A stretch of DNA of 64,000 bases, taken from positions 30,096-94,095 of IMG/VR virus record IMGVR_UViG_3300043466_001817; one strand, given 5' to 3'. The position numbers were made by a program, and so were the translations under genes. The notes under the pieces are model-generated. The model worked only from the letters and a program-made list of their open reading frames with translations, made no database searches and was not told the DNA's origin. Positions 9,588-17,675 of the stretch are shown piece after piece (position 1 is the stretch's first letter; every line of letters begins with the position of its first letter). Source of the stretch: a virus.

Positions 9588-9782
9588 ATGAAAAAGATCA
9601 ATGAAGGTAATCTTTATAATGTTGAAACAAGTGAACCTAAAAAAGACAGAAGTAGCGAACTAGACAGTGTTACTAAAGTAATGATGGATCAATTTTGGGA
9701 GGCTATGGGCAGACAGGGAGTAACCCCAAAAAAAGCCAAAATGATAGCCAAACAAACTTTTGCATCAGACATCAACACCTAG
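9588..9782 (+). CDS. Hypothetical protein
   Basis: ORF. Confidence 0.45.
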   Translation: MKKINEGNLYNVETSEPKKDRSSELDSVTKVMMDQFWEAMGRQGVTPKKAKMIAKQTFASDINT

Positions 9783-9971
9783 AGCAAATTTTATCTTATT
9801 CATCTTATTTGCATCGAAATGCTCATCAAATTGCTTGATGAGTTTTTCTTTCATCTGGCAAAATTTATTGTATTCTTTGGTAGAAGCCTGATCATCGGTT
9901 TCCATTCTACCAAGACGATACATAACATGCCCGTACTCATAAATCAGTTCTTCCAATTCACTGTTATTCAT
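9765..9971 (-). CDS. Hypothetical protein, leaderless sigma70 promoter
   Basis: TTGACT...TATAAT-N6-ATG. Confidence 0.55.
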   Translation of the reverse strand: MNNSELEELIYEYGHVMYRLGRMETDDQASTKEYNKFCQMKEKLIKQFDEHFDANKMNKIKFALGVDV

Positions 9972-10019
9972 GCTAGTATTATAACACAAGTAAAACAATA
10001 GTCAAATATAAATATCTAC

Positions 10020-10490
10020 ATGGTAAACAAAGACAAGAAATTTATTATCAATGAAGGCCGCGCAATCACCAATGGCAAATTTGCTTATGGTGGCTTCCCA
10101 CGTATATTAAAAGAATCCAATTCATATGGATCTACACACATTGAAATGTTTGATGACATCATGGCCGGCAATGATCAAAAAGCCAAAGATTTAATTAAAA
10201 AAATTGATGCTGCGAGAGGAACCGGCCCTACTTTAGATGATGTCACACACAGCCTAGAATTACATAAGCATCTTTTGAGCACTCTAGGAGAAAATCACCC
10301 ACACGTCCGTGGTCTAAGCAACGGATTAAAGGATATCTACGATACTGCTCTAGAGTTTGAAAAGAATCCATCAGGAATTTCACAAAAAGATCGTGAAGAT
10401 TATGCCAAATCAGTTGACATGATGAAAAATGATAAACATGCCAACACACTATCTTGGATGATGGACTATATGGATCCCAATTACATGTAA
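10020..10490 (+). CDS. Hypothetical late protein
   Basis: TATAAATA-N5-ATG. Confidence 0.6.
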   Translation: MVNKDKKFIINEGRAITNGKFAYGGFPRILKESNSYGSTHIEMFDDIMAGNDQKAKDLIKKIDAARGTGPTLDDVTHSLELHKHLLSTLGENHPHVRGLSNGLKDIYDTALEFEKNPSGISQKDREDYAKSVDMMKNDKHANTLSWMMDYMDPNYM

Positions 10491-10524
10491 AATTAAATAC
10501 CCCTGAGATCGTATCTCAAGGCCG

Positions 10525-10554
10525 ACAACCCCGAGCGCTCGGGGTTGTTTCTTT
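10525..10554 (+). terminator. Rho-independent terminator
   Basis: ACAACCCCGAG-CG-CTCGGGGTTGT followed by a T-rich run. Confidence 0.65.
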
Positions 10555-10566
10555 ATAAATATTTCT

Positions 10567-11424
10567 ATGCTTAAACATGTTGGTGATAAATGGTATGTTC
10601 TTGATTCAACTGGCAAAAAAGTTTTAGGCAAGCATGCCTCGAAAGCCAAAGCAGTTGCACAACTACAAGCAATTGAAATTTCAAAAGAAGAAAGAAATGA
10701 ATCAAGGATAATGTCTTTCGGAGATTATCTCAAAGAAGGGTTATCTACTTTGGAATATCACCAAGAACTCAATCCTGAACTCTGGGATGGAAATGAGTTA
10801 AAACAAGAAGTTAAAGACAAACTAATTGAGATTGGGAAAACTTGGGTTGAATGGGCAAATATTCCGATTGAAGCCGTTAAAGATTTAATTTTGGTAGGTG
10901 GAAATGCAAACTTTAATTACACACCAAAGTCGGATATTGATGTTCATATTCTCATTGATGTTGATGAGATTCCAAACTGCCCAGATTTTATTGATGATTA
11001 TCTAAAAGACAAGAAACAACTTTGGTCTCTAACACACGACATCAAAGTTCATGGTCATGATGTAGAAATTTATGCTCAAGACATGAACGATGGGTTTGTT
11101 CAAGATCAAGGAGTTTATAGTCTTACAAAAGATGAATGGTTAGTAGAACCAATTCATAAAGAAGTAAGCCTAGATGATCCTCATGTTAGCAAAAAGGTTC
11201 AAGATTACATTGGACAAATTGATGCATTAATTGCATCAAATGCAGAAGATAAATCATTTGAAAAGTTGAAAAATAAGTTTAAAAATATGAGACAATCAGA
11301 TATCAAAAAAGCCGGAGAATTTTCTCACGGCAATTTGATATTCAAAGAACTCAGAAATCTTGGTTATCTTGACCGAATGAATGACTATATCAAGTCAAAG
11401 CAAGATGAACGCTTGAGTTTATGA
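10567..11424 (+). CDS. Pol-beta-superfamily nucleotidyltransferase
   Basis: GGNANFNYTPKSDIDVH (DxD) motif, VEIYAQD; TATAAATA-N5-ATG. Confidence 0.75.
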   Translation: MLKHVGDKWYVLDSTGKKVLGKHASKAKAVAQLQAIEISKEERNESRIMSFGDYLKEGLSTLEYHQELNPELWDGNELKQEVKDKLIEIGKTWVEWANIPIEAVKDLILVGGNANFNYTPKSDIDVHILIDVDEIPNCPDFIDDYLKDKKQLWSLTHDIKVHGHDVEIYAQDMNDGFVQDQGVYSLTKDEWLVEPIHKEVSLDDPHVSKKVQDYIGQIDALIASNAEDKSFEKLKNKFKNMRQSDIKKAGEFSHGNLIFKELRNLGYLDRMNDYIKSKQDERLSL

Positions 11425-11605
11425 TTCTAGATATCCACTGTCTATGGCCATGCACCATAAACCATAAAGAATGATGCCGACCCCTACGGATGTAAAAGTC
11501 ATCAGGAATAAGCAGAAATGCCAATTTTTAATTACAAAATCTATAAATTCTTTTATCGATTCTAGCATAGGATAATTATATAGATTTCCTATGGTTTAGA
11601 AATGG

Positions 11606-11860
11606 TTAATTTCTCTCAACAAATTCAACCCAATCTTGCTTGACCAAATGGTTTCCCTGATAGCCATCTTTAATTTTTGACACATCCCACCAGATGGTAT
11701 CACCAACCTGGATATCCTCAGTTAGTTTATCTCCAATAGCAAGAACCTGTGCTGGGATAATTTTTGAAGTTGATTTTTCAGTATAAATGATGCCCGCTTC
11801 ACTGGTCTTTTGACCACCGATCAAAGCCTTAGCCAATATCCATTTTCCAATAGGTTTCAT
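11606..11860 (-). CDS. groES: GroES-like co-chaperonin
   Basis: MKPIGKWIL...TSEAGII...VLAIGD...IQVGDTI. Confidence 0.7.
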   Translation of the reverse strand: MKPIGKWILAKALIGGQKTSEAGIIYTEKSTSKIIPAQVLAIGDKLTEDIQVGDTIWWDVSKIKDGYQGNHLVKQDWVEFVERN

Positions 11861-12054
11861 GTTTTTCCTTTTATATCAAAAGTTTCATTTTTCCACATTT
11901 TTATTTGGTCTACTCGGAAATGTCTAATAGTGGAATCCGAAAGAACAACACACCAAACATCATTTTCAAAAGTTCCACCATCACGAATATAAATTGCGTA
12001 TCCATCTCCCAAAGGGGTTAACACTGGAATTGGATTTTTAAATTCGTGAAACAT
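11857..12054 (-). CDS. Conserved small phage protein
   Basis: PIPVLTPLGDGYA...NDVWCV. Confidence 0.55.
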   Translation of the reverse strand: MFHEFKNPIPVLTPLGDGYAIYIRDGGTFENDVWCVVLSDSTIRHFRVDQIKMWKNETFDIKGKT

Positions 12055-12064
12055 AATATTAAAA

Positions 12065-12137
12065 CTGGAGGTGAGAGATTTGAACTCCCGACATCAAGGA
12101 CCAAAGCCTTGCGTTCTACCAACTGAACTAACCTCCA
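12065..12137 (-). tRNA. tRNA-Gln(UUG)
   Basis: CAAGG-CTTTGGT-CCTTG; acceptor TGGAGGT/ACCTCCA. Confidence 0.9.
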
Positions 12138-12637
12138 CTATTTCTTCCTGCAAATGTATCTGTTTGTGAATGACAATTAGGACACAAAAATCTAAGATTA
12201 TCTATTCTATTATCGTTATGTATTCCATTTTTATGATCTAATTGTAATGTTATTGATTTTTTATTCCATATATCTTGCAACCCACATTCATCACATTTAT
12301 AATCTAAAAGTTTTTCTTTAACTAATCTTTTTTTCAATATTTGTCTATTGTTATAGCATGAATTTTTTACAAGTATTTTTTTTAGATCTAAAGGAGTTCT
12401 AGCTCCTTTGGGTCTATTTTTATTAGAACCTCTTCCTTCTGGAATATGAGAATAATCAATTTTATCCTCTAATAATCTAGTCTTAAGAGTTTTTACATTT
12501 CCGCCTTTGTTTAATAAATTAAATTTGGAAAGTATACAAGAAAAAGTATCACATGATAAAACAATTTTAATTAATTCTTTTTTACTTATTTTCCAAATTG
12601 GGGATCTTCTATTTCTCACACAAGTATTTAGTATCAC
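12128..12637 (-). CDS. HNH homing endonuclease
   Basis: CDECG...LQLDHKNG..NDNRIDNLRFLCPNCHSQT; more AT-rich than neighbours. Confidence 0.85.
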   Translation of the reverse strand: MILNTCVRNRRSPIWKISKKELIKIVLSCDTFSCILSKFNLLNKGGNVKTLKTRLLEDKIDYSHIPEGRGSNKNRPKGARTPLDLKKILVKNSCYNNRQILKKRLVKEKLLDYKCDECGLQDIWNKKSITLQLDHKNGIHNDNRIDNLRFLCPNCHSQTDTFAGRNSGG

Positions 12638-12651
12638 AAATATTTTAACAT

Positions 12652-13218
12652 TTATTGTGATACTGTAGAATGAATTTTAGCGCAGTAATTATTCATAATA
12701 ATTGAACTTGCACAACCAACATTGATGCTTCTCACAGAGCCATACTGCGGAATGTAAAGAATGTCATCACACATATTTATCACGTCTTTCGGAATGCCGA
12801 TTTGCTCCTGGCCAAACACAAAGACGTAATGGTTTGCAGGATCAAACTCGTAAGCATTTACATCTTTAGCATCATGTACATTGTCCACGCCAATTACTTT
12901 AATGGCCTTACCAACCCCATCCGGGCCAGCAAGCGATGCAACATAGTCGGCCAGTGAATCAATATCTCGTACATGCTTGAAATTAGTGTAGTGATGGGTT
13001 CCAACAGTCCCACGACGATCATATTTTTTATTACCGTAGACGACAACTTCCTTCGCAAGAAATGCGTTAGCGTTTCTAATGACGGTAGCAATATTGAAAT
13101 CGTTACCAATGTTGCAACATACCACAGAAAAATTATGACGTTTGCTGTCAAGATCTGCAATAATAGCATCGTGGTTCCAATAGTGGTAATAGTCGATAAG
13201 GTTGCGAGTCTCGGTCAT
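12652..13218 (-). CDS. SpoU/TrmH-family RNA 2'-O-methyltransferase
   Basis: FNIATVIRNANAF, VFGQEQIGI, IPQYGSVRSINVGCA SPOUT motifs. Confidence 0.85.
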   Translation of the reverse strand: MTETRNLIDYYHYWNHDAIIADLDSKRHNFSVVCCNIGNDFNIATVIRNANAFLAKEVVVYGNKKYDRRGTVGTHHYTNFKHVRDIDSLADYVASLAGPDGVGKAIKVIGVDNVHDAKDVNAYEFDPANHYVFVFGQEQIGIPKDVINMCDDILYIPQYGSVRSINVGCASSIIMNNYCAKIHSTVSQ

Positions 13219-13233
13219 TGGTTATAGTATACA

Positions 13234-14367
13234 TCAAGAACGGGAAGAGTCAACCATTGCAATGCGTTCTCCGATCCATTCCATGCAGTTCACGGCCATG
13301 CTGTTGCCAAGCGCCCTGTAGCGAGGACCATCGGGACATTCATCAGCAGACTTGTTCTTCCAAGGAATGCTAGTGTAGTTATCAGGGAAGCCCTGAAGCC
13401 TCTCACATTCAATTGGAGTCAATCTACGAACAGACATGGACTGGACAACCGCAGTGGTTGCACGGGTATCACCGGAATCAAAAATATTTTGCGTAGGTGC
13501 GACATCACCTTCAACCCAAGTCTCATCATCTGTGTTAGACTGGGCTCTCTTTGATTTGGTGAACGGTACGGGTATGTATGCACCATGCCCATCCAATTCA
13601 GTATGAGATCTCACACCGCGAGTGCCAAGAGTTCCAGAAACCTCCTGGGCCACCATAGCAAAGCCATCTGCCCTGCTGTAATCGTGGCAGGTAGTTTCAA
13701 GACACGGGGCTATTTCGTGGCTTGTGACGCAATTGCTTGAAGTGCTTTCTCCAGAACCAAAGGCAATCTCCTCGCCCTTCTTTCTGCGCGACGCAGAATC
13801 CCGGAGCACGCTTTGGCGCTCAAAAAGAACCTTGGCTGCACTGGTTGTGTCTCCAAGACATCCGACAACGAACACACGTCTCCGTCTTTGCGGGACGGCG
13901 TTCGGATGCCGTTGTGTTCTGACCCATTGAGAGTCAAGGACTCTGTAGGACCACCCATACCCCAGTTGCCCCAGCGCCCCGAGGAAGGAACCAAAATCCC
14001 TTCCTCCGTTGGATGACAGGACTCCGGGGACATTTTCCCAGACAATCCATCTAGGCCGTAGACGTTTAGCGATCTCAAGGTAGGTAAGCATGAGGCCACC
14101 TCTTGGGTCTTTAAGACCTCCTCTGAGTCCTGCAACTGAAAAAGATTGACAGGGGGTTCCCCCGACGAGTAGGTCGATGTCGCCTTCTTTGAGGTTCCAC
14201 GTTTCATATTTTGTCATGTCTCCTAGGTTTGGAACATTTGGGTAGTGATGTGCGAGAACAGCAGATGGAAATGGTTCAATGTCGCTAAATGCAACCGGCG
14301 TCCATCCAAGAGGATGCCACGCCACAGTTGCTGCTTCAATTCCACTGCAAACTGAAAGATATCTCAT
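13234..14367 (-). CDS. DNA (cytosine-5) methyltransferase
   Basis: SVCSGIEA, GTPCQSFS, WENVPG, QRRRRVF, RRLTPIECERLQGFP, LGNSM. Confidence 0.93.
   Translation of the reverse strand: MRYLSVCSGIEAATVAWHPLGWTPVAFSDIEPFPSAVLAHHYPNVPNLGDMTKYETWNLKEGDIDLLVGGTPCQSFSVAGLRGGLKDPRGGLMLTYLEIAKRLRPRWIVWENVPGVLSSNGGRDFGSFLGALGQLGYGWSYRVLDSQWVRTQRHPNAVPQRRRRVFVVGCLGDTTSAAKVLFERQSVLRDSASRRKKGEEIAFGSGESTSSNCVTSHEIAPCLETTCHDYSRADGFAMVAQEVSGTLGTRGVRSHTELDGHGAYIPVPFTKSKRAQSNTDDETWVEGDVAPTQNIFDSGDTRATTAVVQSMSVRRLTPIECERLQGFPDNYTSIPWKNKSADECPDGPRYRALGNSMAVNCMEWIGERIAMVDSSRS
13710..14207 (-). CDS. Nested alternative-frame ORF, like the M.EcoHK31I beta subunit
   Basis: Same strand, other frame, inside the MTase gene; CSLSDVLE...RFFLSAKACSGILRRAERR..LP..LE.AL. 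Confidence 0.55.
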   Translation of the reverse strand: MKRGTSKKATSTYSSGEPPVNLFQLQDSEEVLKTQEVASCLPTLRSLNVYGLDGLSGKMSPESCHPTEEGILVPSSGRWGNWGMGGPTESLTLNGSEHNGIRTPSRKDGDVCSLSDVLETQPVQPRFFLSAKACSGILRRAERRARRLPLVLEKALQAIASQATK

Positions 14368-14368
14368 T

Positions 14369-14809
14369 TTAGTCTTTTTGCCAGTTGTTCAGAATCCAAC
14401 TTGAAGAGTTCTTCTTATCTTCTCCACCGACACCGAACATGAATGAAAGATTAATATCATGATAATCCATCTCAGGAATGTTTTTTCCGTTCCTATCTCC
14501 GCCGTTGGCGAAGATAATGTGAGCATCGGGATACATCATTCTGACTTTATGAATAGCATCCTTTGCGCTGCCATCGTCATCATTGAATTCAATGACTTCA
14601 TCAACACCCTTGATGTGCTTGATGATCGTGGCTCTTTCATTGAACGGCAAGAAACTCTTGCCCTTCTTTCTTACGAGCCATGCGTCGGAATTGACACCAA
14701 CGATTAGATAGGTTCCATGACTACGAGCAGCAGCAATGTATGCAATGTGTCCGCTGTGAATGGGATCAAAGCCACCAGTAATCAAAACAATAGTCATGTT
14801 CTTGCTCAT
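14369..14809 (-). CDS. HxGH cytidylyltransferase-family protein
   Basis: TGGFDPIHSGH, VGVNSD, FANGGDR, GGEDKKNSSSWIL. Confidence 0.85.
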   Translation of the reverse strand: MSKNMTIVLITGGFDPIHSGHIAYIAAARSHGTYLIVGVNSDAWLVRKKGKSFLPFNERATIIKHIKGVDEVIEFNDDDGSAKDAIHKVRMMYPDAHIIFANGGDRNGKNIPEMDYHDINLSFMFGVGGEDKKNSSSWILNNWQKD

Positions 14810-14821
14810 GTAAATCTCCAA

Positions 14822-14895
14822 TGACCCCACCGAGAATCGAACTCGGAGTCTTCTCCTTGAAAGGGAGACGATTTAGCCACTTAATCTATGGGGCC
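14822..14895 (-). tRNA. tRNA-Glu(UUC)
   Basis: TCTCC-CTTTCAA-GGAGA. Confidence 0.92.
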
Positions 14896-14901
14896 TTTAT
14901 A

Positions 14902-15345
14902 TTATTTAATGCGCTTTCTTCCGTATGCAAACGCAGAAGCAATCACAATCAAAGCTGCGCCAGCAGGAGAAGGACAATCGTTTCCACGACCACACTGATT
15001 TGGATCTATTCCACCGAAAGGCATCGTGATGCTTTCAATGCGATCATGCTGCACAGGAATGGCAAAGTCCTGATTCACCATCTGAATGGTGCAAACAAGA
15101 TTGTTATGGTTGTAGATCTTGTATATCCAATAGCCATCAGCCTTGCCCATGAATAGATTGTTACCGACAATCGACGCAGGAACCGTAGGAGGATTGATTG
15201 CCTCCGTGGTAGGCGTAGGCATTGTGTATGCCGTATCAAAGGTCAGAGGATTGTCGAAGTGTTCACCGAGGTAAGTAGAACCCTGATAAACGGAACGGTC
15301 AATAACCTGACCGGGCATATAAAGAGTAGACACAGAAGTAAGCAT
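14902..15345 (-). CDS. Protein with PEP-CTERM-like C-terminal sorting tail
   Basis: Ends PSPAGAALIVIASAFAYGRKRIK; TTGACT-N16-TATAAT-N6-ATG. Confidence 0.55.
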   Translation of the reverse strand: MLTSVSTLYMPGQVIDRSVYQGSTYLGEHFDNPLTFDTAYTMPTPTTEAINPPTVPASIVGNNLFMGKADGYWIYKIYNHNNLVCTIQMVNQDFAIPVQHDRIESITMPFGGIDPNQCGRGNDCPSPAGAALIVIASAFAYGRKRIK

Positions 15346-15380
15346 GGTTGTATTATATCCTGTCCAATAACAAAGTCAAA

Positions 15381-15719
15381 TTATTCCATATCGGTTTTGC
15401 GGTGCAAATTATTATTATCGTTTGCTTCCTGAACCATATCATTCAGGCCAAGTTCTTCATCAAGCATTGCCAACCTGTCCATAGCCTGTTGACGCTTCAT
15501 CATTTCAATTCTAGCCGGTGTGCGGAACTTCTTCATGAAGTCACATTTGCAATGTTCAAACTCACGGTCGTCTGCGTGAATGAGAAGCCCGTCCCACTCA
15601 TCACACCAATGCCATCCGTTGGCAACTTCTTCTGCGGTCAGAATGACATTCTCATCGCCATCAAAAGGCTGCATGAGGTAGTTCCAACGCTCTTCAGACA
15701 TTCCGTGTTTATTAAACAT
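15381..15719 (-). CDS. Hypothetical protein
   Basis: ATG with GAGGAG upstream. Confidence 0.55.
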   Translation of the reverse strand: MFNKHGMSEERWNYLMQPFDGDENVILTAEEVANGWHWCDEWDGLLIHADDREFEHCKCDFMKKFRTPARIEMMKRQQAMDRLAMLDEELGLNDMVQEANDNNNLHRKTDME

Positions 15720-16092
15720 TATCGTTCTCCTCAATATCAAACTTTGGCGGTACTGCCTTGCCTTTGGAAACAACTACGCCGTTCAGCGTCTTGACGACTG
15801 GTGCGTTCTTGAAGCAGTCCCATCCACGCAACTCGGCCTCTTCCTTGGCAGTCGTTGCTCCATCCATCTCAACCCATTCGCACACTTCTAGTCTTGCCTC
15901 GTCGCGCTCGGCAGTAAGTTCAATAATCTTTTCAGAGCGCATATCACACATATGAATACGCTCGGTCAATTCATCACGAAGAAGTTCCATGTACTCATAC
16001 GCCTCACAGATATCCCGCAGAACATCAGGGGGAAGATCGGTGCGCTTGCTATGGCAGCGCAGGCGGTAGTCTATGGGTTCGTAGTCGGGCAT
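15712..16092 (-). CDS. Hypothetical coiled-coil protein
   Basis: LTAERDEAR..VC motif. Confidence 0.55.
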   Translation of the reverse strand: MPDYEPIDYRLRCHSKRTDLPPDVLRDICEAYEYMELLRDELTERIHMCDMRSEKIIELTAERDEARLEVCEWVEMDGATTAKEEAELRGWDCFKNAPVVKTLNGVVVSKGKAVPPKFDIEENDNV

Positions 16093-16276
16093 TACTTACC
16101 AACCGTAATGGTGATCTTTTGAGCAATTGTAATCGCAAAGAGCATCATAGTGATTGCACAGGTAACCATCGTAGCAACAAATGCCACATCTCCAAAAAGT
16201 CTGAGAATCTTGGTGTTGGTATCAGAATCGGTCTTGGTGTTATTCTTTTTCGTAGCCATGTTGTTTTCCTTTTGTA

Positions 16277-16468
16277 TTAGATTGCGTTAGCCAAATCACC
16301 GAGATCATCCGAGATCTGGTAGAGCCTGTCCGAGATCTGATTTGGATTAATGTCTCCACTCTGAACTTCAGAGGCCAAATCATCAACGAGTGCAATGATC
16401 TCGTCAATCGCGTCCGTAACAGAAATGCTCTTCACAACGATCTTCTTGTTCTTATTCTTGGTAGCCAT
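16277..16468 (-). CDS. Hypothetical protein
   Basis: MATKNKNKK start with GGAG. Confidence 0.5.
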   Translation of the reverse strand: MATKNKNKKIVVKSISVTDAIDEIIALVDDLASEVQSGDINPNQISDRLYQISDDLGDLANAI

Positions 16469-16469
16469 A

Positions 16470-16742
16470 TTAGTCTCCGAGGTATTCCTTTTGAGTGTAA
16501 CGAGTAATGCTCTTGATCTTACCGTACCGACGACGGGCACAAGCAACGATACGCTTGTATTCCTTCGCGGTGCAGTAGAAGTGTACATCAAAAGCGTTCT
16601 TTGTCAAGTGAGTTCCCGAACCATAGAACATCTCCGGGTAACGCTTTTCCAATCCGTTAGAAATCTGAAAATAGTTTCCACGGTTGTAATTGAAGTAGTA
16701 GTGGTACTTGGTTTCTTTCTTGGTCTTGGTCATCATATGCAT
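16470..16742 (-). CDS. Hypothetical protein
   Basis: TTGACT...TATACT promoter immediately upstream. Confidence 0.5.
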   Translation of the reverse strand: MHMMTKTKKETKYHYYFNYNRGNYFQISNGLEKRYPEMFYGSGTHLTKNAFDVHFYCTAKEYKRIVACARRRYGKIKSITRYTQKEYLGD

Positions 16743-16771
16743 AGTATATCTCCAGTTAGAGGTTAGTCAAG

Positions 16772-17020
16772 TCAATCGTTTGAAGGTTGAACAGTATTTT
16801 TCTTTGCTGCCTTGTAGACCTGCTGTTCACCGATCCACTCCGATGCTTTAACCATCCAATTTGCAAACTTAAATGCCATCACGGGACTGTGAATTTGAGC
16901 TTTGGAAGGAGTGTAGATGGTCAAGTTTTTGTGGTAAATTTTTACACATCGTTCGCCGTTACCATACTCATGACATTCGGCAATGAAGGTCTTATAGACA
17001 AACGGTGCGGGAGTATCCAT
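16772..17020 (-). CDS. Hypothetical protein
   Basis: Coupled ORF. Confidence 0.5.
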   Translation of the reverse strand: MDTPAPFVYKTFIAECHEYGNGERCVKIYHKNLTIYTPSKAQIHSPVMAFKFANWMVKASEWIGEQQVYKAAKKNTVQPSND

Positions 17021-17256
17021 TACAGTCGCTCCATGAAGTCCCGGTCGTCATCCTGATCGAAGAGAGGCATATCCATTTCATCCTCCGTCCAATCGGTATA
17101 ATCGACGCTAGTCTCACCCACTTGGTGCAGGCGGTAGTACTCCCACACATTATCAGAGGTGGGATTCCACTCCCACAGAAGGCCACGCATGACCTTGATC
17201 TTCTCGTTGAGGCGGACAATTTCGGCCTGGAGTTCGTTGATCTCGTTGCTGTTCAT
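17020..17256 (-). CDS. Small acidic protein, leaderless
   Basis: TTGACT-N16-TATACT-N6-ATG. Confidence 0.55.
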   Translation of the reverse strand: MNSNEINELQAEIVRLNEKIKVMRGLLWEWNPTSDNVWEYYRLHQVGETSVDYTDWTEDEMDMPLFDQDDDRDFMERL

Positions 17257-17313
17257 GCCCAGAGTATAGCACGGGGATTGGGAGAGTCAAGAGAACTCGC
17301 CATAAATAGTTTC

Positions 17314-17667
17314 ATGAGTGAAACACAACATGAAGTCGGAATCAGACCTTGGGGATCATACAAAGTTTTGGCAGAAGAACCCAAGACAAAAGTAAAAATT
17401 ATTACCGTAAAGCCAAAGGGCAAGTTGAGCCTGCAATATCACCACTACCGCCAAGAACATTGGTATGTGGTTCAGGGGAAAGGTAAACTCACCCTCGGCA
17501 ACTCTTTCTGGACTCTCAATCCCGGAGATCATGCGGACATCCCCCTCGGAATGCAACACAGGATTGAAAATATTGGTGAAGAAGATTTAATTTTTGTAGA
17601 AGTTCAAACCGGTCAAAGTTTTGATGAGAATGATATTGTAAGAGTTGAAGATGATTATGGTAGATAA
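17314..17667 (+). CDS. Mannose-6-phosphate isomerase type II cupin domain protein
   Basis: RPWGSY, LSLQYHHYRQEHWYVV, VEVQTG...ENDIVRVEDDYGR; TAAATA-N5-ATG. Confidence 0.88.
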   Translation: MSETQHEVGIRPWGSYKVLAEEPKTKVKIITVKPKGKLSLQYHHYRQEHWYVVQGKGKLTLGNSFWTLNPGDHADIPLGMQHRIENIGEEDLIFVEVQTGQSFDENDIVRVEDDYGR

Positions 17668-17675
17668 ATAATGGT

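Noticed and set aside
17005-17313. N-terminal extension of the cupin ORF
   Set aside because: Antisense to a minus-strand gene; the late promoter points to ATG 17314.
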